From: Nitrosopumilus sp.
GTDB lineage: Archaea; Thermoproteota; Nitrososphaeria; Nitrososphaerales; Nitrosopumilaceae
Direction: 5' to 3'
NCBI GenBank assembly: GCA_965224195.1
Contig: OZ245040.1
Coordinates: 1,184,001 to 1,248,000 of the forward strand
DNA: 64,000 nt
This document shows positions 41,760-49,890 of the stretch, one piece after another (positions within the stretch are counted from its first letter, which is position 1; the number at the start of each line of letters is the position of its first letter). Below the pieces are notes generated by a model. The model saw nothing but the letters and a program-made list of their open reading frames with translations, was not told where the DNA came from and ran no database searches. The position numbers and the translations under genes are program-made.

Positions 41760-41987
41760 CTAGACATTAACATTAAAGCCTGAATTAAAGCCTGGAACTA
41801 TTCCTGCTATCAAAATATTTAGAATTATTCCAATTATCATAAATATAATTCCAATGTACAAACAGTTTTTTGCTTTGCATGGATCATCTTGCCGTAAAAT
41901 AAAAAATGCAATTATTCCACCAATCAATCCAAAAAATGTTGGCAACAAAAACCATGCATTACTTCTAGTTTTTTCTGGATGTGACAT
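41760..41987 (-). CDS. Small membrane protein (stand-alone WxLLP...LRxxDP module)
   Basis: RSNAWFLLPTFFGLIGGIIAFFILRQDDPCKAKNCL. Confidence 0.7.
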   Translation of the reverse strand: MSHPEKTRSNAWFLLPTFFGLIGGIIAFFILRQDDPCKAKNCLYIGIIFMIIGIILNILIAGIVPGFNSGFNVNV

Positions 41988-41998
41988 ATCGTTTACTC

Positions 41999-42247
41999 TT
42001 ATCTTGCAATTATGGCTTTTTTCTGTAACTGTGTAATTTCAATTTCTACTGTTTCTAAAGGTTCATTAACCTGATTACGTTTAATTGAGAACATTTTTGG
42101 TTTTTCAAAGTCTTCAGTACAATCTGGACATGCGTATACTAGTACTCTATGTTCATTGGGTGCTTTTGGATTTGACAATCTTGGATAATATACCAGTCTT
42201 GCTCCACAATCAACACAATATCTGTTGGCCCTTCTAGTTCTGACCAA
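41999..42247 (-). CDS. Zn-ribbon protein
   Basis: CVDC and CPDC. Confidence 0.65.
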   Translation of the reverse strand: MVRTRRANRYCVDCGARLVYYPRLSNPKAPNEHRVLVYACPDCTEDFEKPKMFSIKRNQVNEPLETVEIEITQLQKKAIIAR

Positions 42248-42335
42248 TGTAAACCTCCTGCATCATTCTAAATATGCGATTATCTATTAGATCTATGTTG
42301 TCTAATTGTGTAAACCAATTGCTAACAACCGATCA

Positions 42336-42363
42336 ATGTTTCTAAATTCGAATTTAGCAATAC
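42336..42363. repeat. 28-bp palindrome, copy 3 (imperfect)
   Basis: ATGTTTCTAAATTCGAATTTAGCAATAC, at the edge of the defence region. Confidence 0.8.
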
Positions 42364-42385
42364 CTATTTCTTTGAGCGTGAGGTA

Positions 42386-42840
42386 TCATGCATACTCGTC
42401 AAAATAGTCAGAGTCAACATCCTTGATCCTTATCCTGCCTTTTGTATAGGCACCAACATCAAACTCTACCAAGAGTGCTGCCAGCCTGTTTACGTTTATC
42501 AGGACAATTCTGGTATCAGTCAGATTTTCTGCCCATTTTTTTCCGTTAGGAGTAAAGTCTGATGTCGTGACAAAGACTCCTTTTTTGGTTTTTGTTGACT
42601 GCAGCGAGCCTGCAAAGCCACGTATCTCTTTTGATGACACGCTGTCCCTCCATCTTTTTACCTGAATGTAAATTTTTTCCAGCCCCAGCCTGTCTGCCTA
42701 TATGATTCCATTTATACTGTGATCACTGGATTTTCTTGTATGTTCTATTTGATCTCCATATCCCATCTTTTTGTAGATATCCAACACGAGAAGCTCAAAT
42801 TCTTTATGTGATATGCTGCTAATAGCTTTATGCAAATCAT
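42386..42840 (-). pseudogene. mrr: Mrr-type restriction endonuclease pseudogene
   Basis: Reading through stops: FELLVLDIYKKMGYG...INGII*ADRLGLEKIYIQVKR*GDSVSSKEIRGFAGSL...KGVFVTTSDFT. 5' boundary approximate. Confidence 0.8.
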
Positions 42841-42963
42841 AATGCAGTCAACTCATCTCAAAACTCTGCAACACATCAGAAGTGATGCGATATTAATTAA
42901 TCCGAGATAGTTTTCTGCATTTCTCTCATAACTTATTCTAGTTCTATGAAATCCATTTTTTAG

Positions 42964-43659
42964 TCAAGCAAAGAATCTCTTCACTACAAATCTTGTCTTG
43001 TTGTAATTGTTGCAACCGTTATTTTGTATGTTGCCTTGTAAAATAATCCTTGAATTCCTTTTGTATGGAATGCAATAATCAATGCTATTGTCTCTCAGGT
43101 AATTTCTGATGGATTTTGCATCATAACTTTTGTCTGCAAAACAAGATACAATTTGTTTGATGGAATTATAATCTACAAAATCTGAAACAGATTCTATCAC
43201 GTCAATGAATTTTGTACTGTCATGAATATTTGCAGGACTGCACACAATTGATATTGGCAAGCCGTTTTGCTCTGCTGCAACATGTATTTTTGTGCCTGTT
43301 ATTTTCTTGAATCCGTCAAATCCTATGACATCTCCCTTTTTTGACAGGAATTGATGATGAGTCAACTGATATCTTTTGTAGGTTTAGCCTGCCCTGATTT
43401 GTTTGCAGATGTAATTATACATTTGAGAATCTTTTTCCAAACTCCTTTTTGCTGCCAGTCTTGCAGTCTTTTCTTTGCAGTTGATTTGGAGCCATATCTT
43501 TTTGGCATCTCAGCCCATCTGCATCCCGAAATCAAAACATAAATGATTCCGTTAATTGTTGTTCTATCATTACATCTTTGGATGTCCTGTTCTTGCAGGT
43601 TTTAGAAGATGAGGTTCCATCATGCTCCACTGCCTATTTGTTATTTCCTGGAATTGCAT
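42964..43659 (-). pseudogene. Degraded two-part IS5-family (IS427/IS1031-like) transposase
   Basis: MQFQEITNRQW...INGIIYVLISGCRWAEMPKRYG...RLQDWQQKGVW, then GFKKITGTKIHVA...ADKSYD...RFVVKRFF; frameshifts, and the expected catalytic E is replaced by K. Confidence 0.8.
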
Positions 43660-43740
43660 AACTTAGTTTGGAATGTTATTATTCATGGATCCAGATGATC
43701 TTCAAATGTTGTCTAAATGATTAGTTTTGGGATCAGTTGG

Positions 43741-43956
43741 TCATATTCTCTTTACGGCCTGAATCATTTGCAACTGTCTTCTGTTTCTGGTGTTGCGTGG
43801 TTTTATTCTTAACACAAGGTTGCAGCAGGGGCAGTATTTTTAATCATACTATATGAAGATATTACATACTGAGCACATCTTTTGTCACTGCATGTACCGG
43901 TTGATGCCGTGAACACGTTTTGCCCTGTACTTTGTGCAGGTTCCTTTGCATACCAT
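43741..43956 (-). pseudogene. Pseudogene of a small Cys-rich protein, paralogue of 15312..15497
   Basis: MVCKGTCTKYRAK...RYMQ*QKMCSVCNIFI*YD*KYCPCCNLVLRIKPR; three in-frame stops. Confidence 0.7.
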
Positions 43957-44136
43957 GATATAATTATATCAAAAATATGTTTTATGGATCATAAAAAACC
44001 GTCTCATCTCCTGATTATATGACATCATTTCCCTAACTGGTAATCTTGGGCAATTGCTGGGAAACTCTGATCTTGTGTTTGTTGCTGGCAATCTTGCAAT
44101 TTGTATGTCTGTTTTTCTGCACTGTTTTGAATTGTT

Positions 44137-44778
44137 CTAGCTGTTCTCTTTTAGGTACGGCACTACCTGTGAGCCCTCTGGATATCCATTCTCCTTTTTG
44201 CGAAAATTATCCCTGATTGTATAGATATCATCCATGGTAATCTTTGGCTTTGGAGATACAACTATGGCAATTTCTGTATTTTGTCTTGGGATTACTGGAT
44301 TTACATTTGTGCACTGCGGTATGCAGTTTGGCGTTTTTGCCCTGTTATCAAGTGTGATGCTGCACCAAGATTTTGTTCTTCCAAAATAATGTATGTTTCC
44401 TAGTATTTTTTGTAGGGTGCCTCTTTCTTTGTAATTCATGCTGAGATTCGGCCAAATAATCTGCACCTGCTCTTTTCTGTCTATCACGGCATATGTGTCT
44501 GCCCTCTGATTTTTGCTATTATGCGTTGAGTTGTCGTCTTGTTCATGCCCAAATGTTACTGGCGGCAGGTAAAACTCTGGCATGCTTGACGCCATCTTTT
44601 TAACTAATCCTGCTATCTTTTTTTCGCTGATGTGTGGTAGATTATATTTCCATGATGCAACCATTGCCCGAAGCAGTCTGTACGGTGATGGCGGCCATTC
44701 TGTAGTGTTTTCCGCATTTTTTATCCAGGATGTGGCATAGTATTTGCCTGTTGTAAACTTTATCTTGATTGTGATCAA
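44137..44778 (-). CDS. csb2: Second Csb2-like protein, Cas5-like N-terminal half only
   Basis: GKYYATSW...EWPPSPYRLLRAMVASW...HYFGRTKSW aligns with the full csb2; ends at SQVVPY, before the Cas6-like domain. TTG start. Confidence 0.8.
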   Translation of the reverse strand: MITIKIKFTTGKYYATSWIKNAENTTEWPPSPYRLLRAMVASWKYNLPHISEKKIAGLVKKMASSMPEFYLPPVTFGHEQDDNSTHNSKNQRADTYAVIDRKEQVQIIWPNLSMNYKERGTLQKILGNIHYFGRTKSWCSITLDNRAKTPNCIPQCTNVNPVIPRQNTEIAIVVSPKPKITMDDIYTIRDNFRKKENGYPEGSQVVPYLKENS

Positions 44779-44848
44779 TATCTTTCAATCTACATGGCTA
44801 CAAAAGACTGGAAAAAAAGTTGTAAACTTTATCTTGATTGTGATCAAT
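44750..44848 (-). repeat. 30-bp direct repeat x2 around a 39-bp insert containing ATTGAAAG
   Basis: GTTGTAAACTTTATCTTGATTGTGATCAAT at 44750-44779 and 44819-44848; insert 44780-44818. Confidence 0.85.
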
Positions 44849-45059
44849 GCATTTGATTGTGTTTTTTGTTTATATGTTGTTATGCCTAATGATGCTTGCA
44901 AAAGTTGCGCATGAACAGTATGGCCTATTGCCTGCTGCAACCAGCGTATTCTGAAAATATGTCTCTCTGGATTGTTTTTTGATGTGTCTTGTATAACACA
45001 AAATATTTGTTCTAGGGCTGGAACTTTTTTGGATATGTGTGTTATATTTTTGGCATCCC

Positions 45060-46484
45060 TCATGTGGGAACAAACAAACCTAGGCCAAAATGTGAACCAT
45101 GTCCAAAAGATAACGGTCCTGACATCTCCTCCTCAAACTCTATTTTAACGCTATATGCCCCAAATCCTGGAAGTCGCTCTTTTCTCCATCGTTTGAATTG
45201 TATTGGCATAATGCCTGTTCTCATCCTGACTTTGGCGTCATCTATTCTTAGGCTCTTGATTTTTATTTCATCTCCAAATCTGTTTCTTATCTCGTCTCTT
45301 AGTTGATCCTCTGGACCGTCTACGACAATGTCTTTATTGCTGCCTTTTAATTTCATGTGTTTGTTGAGTACAAATGGCGTGACGGTTTCCCATTTTTTTG
45401 AATATTTTAAGATGGGGATTTTGTCAAAATCTACTGTTCTTCCACGTGCCTCATATGCCAGATCAAATGAATTTTCCGAATACCGTATCTTATTCATTAT
45501 GTTTAGTGCATCAAGCTCATTTTCATTAAATGGCTCTTTTGCAATTATTGTAATATGATCTAATATTTTGTCTTCATCTTCATCTGTGGGAAGGTAGTAT
45601 GTGTGTTTATGGCCCTTTAGTATTTGTCTGTTTGAATCTTTTCCTGAGAATGTTTCTGACAGCCCTCCATTATTTTTTTTACCGTAGATTGACATTACTG
45701 CTCTTTTGATGATATCCCCCACTTTGATTGTCTCGGTAATTTTTGGTCTCACATTTCCAGTAATCATGTATCTTACTATGTTCACATCTGTCTTTTTTGA
45801 ATTATGAATACTGGGTATCTGTGTCAGGCAGTCTGACTCACGGACATATTGAACAAATTGACTTTTATCTGGATGTGATTTTTTATTTTTGTACATATCG
45901 GGCACTTTCATGCATAGATTATCAAGAGTAGCATCTGGGGCTGGTATTATCACATCTATGATGTCTTTGTTTTCAAAGTTATTCCCTTCTAACAAAACAC
46001 AGTTTGGGCTGATGTCTTGCTCTGTGATTCTAACCCTGCACCACGACTCTGCTCTGCCAAGATATTTTATCTTGTTGACTATTTTTCCTAGTATCTCTTT
46101 TTGCTCTTCTTCAAGTTTTAGATCATCCCAATGTGCATAAAGGAGTCCACCTTTATTCATCATTACGAATGAATCGAGTACTTTTTCAGTTTTTTTTGTG
46201 ATTGGCATATAGTGTCTTGTATGCGTCTGGATGGCACTTGGAATCTCAAATGATACCTTATACTTGCACATTTGCTTTATTATTGGTTCTACTTTCGAAT
46301 CTTCAATCTCATTGGCATATATCTTCCATGCTGAAATTATAGCTCGTAATATGCGCCACGGTGACGGTGGCCAGTCTATTAATCCCTCATTTACATTGCG
46401 TCCCCAAGATGTGGCGTGGTATTGTCCTGCTAGAAATTCAAACTCTAACGTAAGTCCTGTATCTTTTTTGGAGTCTTTACTCAT
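45060..46484 (-). CDS. csb2: Type I-G Csb2 (Cas5-Cas6 fusion)
   Basis: YHATSWG...WPPSPWRILRAI, YLGRAESW, WETVTPFV, and C-terminal G-rich loop GPLSFGHGSHFGLGLFVP. Confidence 0.92.
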   Translation of the reverse strand: MSKDSKKDTGLTLEFEFLAGQYHATSWGRNVNEGLIDWPPSPWRILRAIISAWKIYANEIEDSKVEPIIKQMCKYKVSFEIPSAIQTHTRHYMPITKKTEKVLDSFVMMNKGGLLYAHWDDLKLEEEQKEILGKIVNKIKYLGRAESWCRVRITEQDISPNCVLLEGNNFENKDIIDVIIPAPDATLDNLCMKVPDMYKNKKSHPDKSQFVQYVRESDCLTQIPSIHNSKKTDVNIVRYMITGNVRPKITETIKVGDIIKRAVMSIYGKKNNGGLSETFSGKDSNRQILKGHKHTYYLPTDEDEDKILDHITIIAKEPFNENELDALNIMNKIRYSENSFDLAYEARGRTVDFDKIPILKYSKKWETVTPFVLNKHMKLKGSNKDIVVDGPEDQLRDEIRNRFGDEIKIKSLRIDDAKVRMRTGIMPIQFKRWRKERLPGFGAYSVKIEFEEEMSGPLSFGHGSHFGLGLFVPT

Positions 46485-46550
46485 TTCTCAAAATACTCCT
46501 ATGATGAGATTGGAGTGTTGACCTGAGGGCATCCTTTATCTTTACCTAGT

Positions 46551-47510
46551 CTATTTCTTATATGCAACTATTACTGGTTCAGGTAAATCTTTTCTGCATT
46601 TTTGAATCAGTTCTTTTATTTTTGAATCAAGAGTTGTTTTGTCTGGAAGTGTATAGTCTTTGGGTTCTGTTACCTGTATGTCTCCTTTTATTTTGAGGTC
46701 GCATGCAGTACGCAGTCTTAGTCCTGTCTCTAGAAATGCTCTTATCTTCCATAATGCAAGATTCGTTAATAATTCTGTTTGATCCTCATTTAGGCCATAA
46801 TTTTTTATCTGCTCCAGATCCAAGTTAAAGTATGCATGTATGGAATCTGACGTATACTCTATACGTGAAAATGGTATATGTCCCTGACCTTTTATTGAGC
46901 CACCATCTTCATCTTTTTTTGAGCCATCTTCTTTATCTTTGGATGATGGGTTTACATTATCAAACTTTACTCCTCCGCTTATTGCGTCATTTACATTATC
47001 TGCTTCGATAAATGCAGATAATGCACGTGGAATCTTTATTCTTCCAGATTTAATTTGTGATGCCCAAATGCCATGCAATAAAGAGTTTATATCTAATCGA
47101 AATAGTAATTTAGCAGTCTCTTTAATATCTACACCGTTACTGAATTTTTCTTCTAATGCTTCTAATTCTTTTGTAATCTCTGTATCTTTGTCAATTATAT
47201 AATATGAACATATTCGATGTGACTCTGAAACAGAATTTGTAATTTGTTTTCCATCTTTGTTTTCTACTTTAATCATTGTTAGTCCGTTTAATGGATCCAC
47301 AAAACCATCTCTATCTTTATTAAGGCAGACCAATTCCAAGCGATTTGCCATACTTTGAGCAGATTCTACCAGCAATGATCTAGTGCCCTCACTTAGTTGC
47401 ATCTCGGCTGCTCCTAAATCTGGAAATCCTGTGGGCTGAAATCGCTTACCTTGAACTGGCTCTAATTCTACTTTTAAAAGCAATCTGTTATTATTATTTA
47501 GATCATTCAT
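46551..47510 (-). CDS. csb1: Type I-G Cas7g/Csb1
   Basis: LEPVQGKRFQPTGFPDLG, LLVESAQSMANRLE, SHR, SLLHG, PRALS, GGVKFD, LRLRTACDL. Confidence 0.92.
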   Translation of the reverse strand: MNDLNNNNRLLLKVELEPVQGKRFQPTGFPDLGAAEMQLSEGTRSLLVESAQSMANRLELVCLNKDRDGFVDPLNGLTMIKVENKDGKQITNSVSESHRICSYYIIDKDTEITKELEALEEKFSNGVDIKETAKLLFRLDINSLLHGIWASQIKSGRIKIPRALSAFIEADNVNDAISGGVKFDNVNPSSKDKEDGSKKDEDGGSIKGQGHIPFSRIEYTSDSIHAYFNLDLEQIKNYGLNEDQTELLTNLALWKIRAFLETGLRLRTACDLKIKGDIQVTEPKDYTLPDKTTLDSKIKELIQKCRKDLPEPVIVAYKK

Positions 47511-47679
47511 AACTAATCAACCAAATCTATATTTATTAAGTTATTGCTAGCCTGCTAGATGTGTACTTAAGATCCATTAGGCATTAAGAGATGTTTCTTT
47601 CATTTTCATATCAACTCATATTGAAAGATATGTTCTTTTGAGTTAAAATAGATACAATCCTTTGTGTCTTGGTCAGATG

Positions 47680-49890
47680 TTATTGGATGACAGTCTGTTT
47701 CTCTACTGCTGAAACATTATATATTTTTGATAATATCTCTTTTCTGTCTCTCTCATCTAATGGAAACAACAACGATGCTGTGATACGATCCATCATTTGT
47801 TTAGGTTTAGTTGACCCATGATTTGTTCCATTGGAATATGTAGATATGTTGTATCCTGTTACACAAAGACGTCGTCTACCCATATGCACTGCCTTGTCTA
47901 TTTTTCCTGCCTTGAGCAATCCCAACATCGATGGTTCAAATAATGCTTCTTTTGAAGTATTTCTACTTTTAAATGTCACTGGTGGAAAATTAGACTTTAA
48001 GACAATATATGATTCTGGTACAAAATTTGGAACTTTCCACCATTCTCGTTGGTTACAATAATCTGGCAGATGATCTCTTTTGTAATTTATTATGGATAAT
48101 GGAAGTAATAGATCAGATATTTTGTCATAGTTGACTTTGTCCTCTATGAAATCCATTACGTCTTTAACTGGCGCATTTATTGTTGAATTTAGCGATATCT
48201 TGGAGTTGGACATTTGTCCTTCTATACATCTTCGTTCTAGAATTCTGATCATATTGCTTGTTAAATTTGAATTTTGCCACACTGTGCTGCGACTTTCATG
48301 CTTCCATTCTGCTCTGTATTTGCTGCTTTCAACAGGTTCCAGATTTATTCTTATTCTCCCTTGATCTGCTGATGATATTGCTGCAAGTGAGACAGCAAGT
48401 CTAAACTCTGGCGTGTCATCATTACATGCTTGTATCCACTCGTGTGATAGATTTTGTATTGGAGAAATTTGTTTATTATAATTTGATGATTGTGATACTG
48501 CTCTTTCTAGTTTACCAATAATTATCAAAACATCTTGTAAATATTTTTTCGTACCATATGTGCAGAACTTTATAATTGCGTTATCTATGTTGCGTAATAA
48601 TGAGTCTATGCTCTTGGATAATTTCTTTGTTCCATTATGCCTCTTACGTATATCATTGATCCATTTGTCAATGTCTGAAAATAAACTCACATCTGGATTA
48701 TCTCCTGCCTTTATCCGTCCTATACTGTTTGCAAAATATGCCTGTCCCTTTCTCTCAAAAAACCCAAATCTCTGGAATTCTGATAATCCACGTTCTGTTC
48801 CCAAATTTGCCACGGCTCTGGCAAAATCAACGCCTGAATTAGAATTCTTTGAGGGCTTTTGGACTCTTCCTTCATTAAAGACGTATTTCATTTCATTATA
48901 TGTGGAAGGATTCTCCCATAATGGGATCCATATCTCTCCTCTGATCTTTTCATCACATGCAGTTCCATATCCTGCTGTAGATGAATCCGTAGAAAATGGA
49001 AATGCTGCACGTCTTGAATTAGAACGACGTGATACACTGCCTGCAAAAACTAATGTGCCTTCTATAGTAAGTATATAGTCCCAAGGATTTACAAAGCTGG
49101 TTTCGTTTCCATTTACAGATCTCCCTGTATACCTACCAGGTTGAAAATATACAAAACTGCCCCCTTTTAATTCCACTTGGGTATTGAAAAATGAATTGTT
49201 AATCCATTCTTTTGATTTCTTACTTTTATCTGCCGATCCAATGTTGGTAATTAATTCATTTATCCACATCATAAATTTATTTGAAATTTCCAAGTTACCA
49301 TCATTTGCACCAGATCCTAATATTGGCCCGTATGTTGGTTTATCCGAGGCTGCTACAACATATGCTGCATCCATCCATGGAATTACCTCATTGTCTAGTC
49401 TATTACGGCATTGTATTAGCAACGATTTCTTTCTTTTGGATATTATTTCTTTAATTTCCTCTGAATCTTTTTTTAGTGATTCATCTTTTAATGATCCGTC
49501 ATTTATGCACTGGGCTCTTTTTTTGATAAATTCTTTATATTCTGGAAACATGTATTTTAGAATATAATCGGTTTGATTTAACACTCTTTGGTATTTATCC
49601 AATCTCTTTTCCTTGGAATTTTTTATTTTATCAATATCGTTTTCATTTTTATCATAGAATCCGCTGCCTTTATTCCATGGAGATACTATTGGTGTGGGTG
49701 TATATTCTTCTAAAAAGAATCTGATCAACTCTTCTTGCGTCATTTTTGTCTGTAACACGAACGCGTCTCTCTCCCAATATGCTGTTGCATCAGGATCTGC
49801 TTGTTCTGAAACAATACGGAATATCCCTAATGCCTTTAGATTAGACGTTAGTGGATCAGGTGAACAGCCATCAAATTGTATCTTGTTCAA
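47680..49890 (-). CDS. csx17: Type I-G large subunit Cas8g/Csx17
   Basis: GCSPDPLTSNLKALG, YTPTPIVSPWNKGSGFY, LGSGANDG, NPWDYILTIEG, RGEIWIPLW, FQRFGFFERKG. Confidence 0.9.
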   Translation of the reverse strand: MNKIQFDGCSPDPLTSNLKALGIFRIVSEQADPDATAYWERDAFVLQTKMTQEELIRFFLEEYTPTPIVSPWNKGSGFYDKNENDIDKIKNSKEKRLDKYQRVLNQTDYILKYMFPEYKEFIKKRAQCINDGSLKDESLKKDSEEIKEIISKRKKSLLIQCRNRLDNEVIPWMDAAYVVAASDKPTYGPILGSGANDGNLEISNKFMMWINELITNIGSADKSKKSKEWINNSFFNTQVELKGGSFVYFQPGRYTGRSVNGNETSFVNPWDYILTIEGTLVFAGSVSRRSNSRRAAFPFSTDSSTAGYGTACDEKIRGEIWIPLWENPSTYNEMKYVFNEGRVQKPSKNSNSGVDFARAVANLGTERGLSEFQRFGFFERKGQAYFANSIGRIKAGDNPDVSLFSDIDKWINDIRKRHNGTKKLSKSIDSLLRNIDNAIIKFCTYGTKKYLQDVLIIIGKLERAVSQSSNYNKQISPIQNLSHEWIQACNDDTPEFRLAVSLAAISSADQGRIRINLEPVESSKYRAEWKHESRSTVWQNSNLTSNMIRILERRCIEGQMSNSKISLNSTINAPVKDVMDFIEDKVNYDKISDLLLPLSIINYKRDHLPDYCNQREWWKVPNFVPESYIVLKSNFPPVTFKSRNTSKEALFEPSMLGLLKAGKIDKAVHMGRRRLCVTGYNISTYSNGTNHGSTKPKQMMDRITASLLFPLDERDRKEILSKIYNVSAVEKQTVIQ

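Noticed and set aside
44785-45073. ORFs 44785..45063 and 44870..45073 as cas2 or another cas gene
   Set aside because: No Cas2-like motif; the only csb2 similarity (ITIKIKFTT) comes from the 30-bp duplication.
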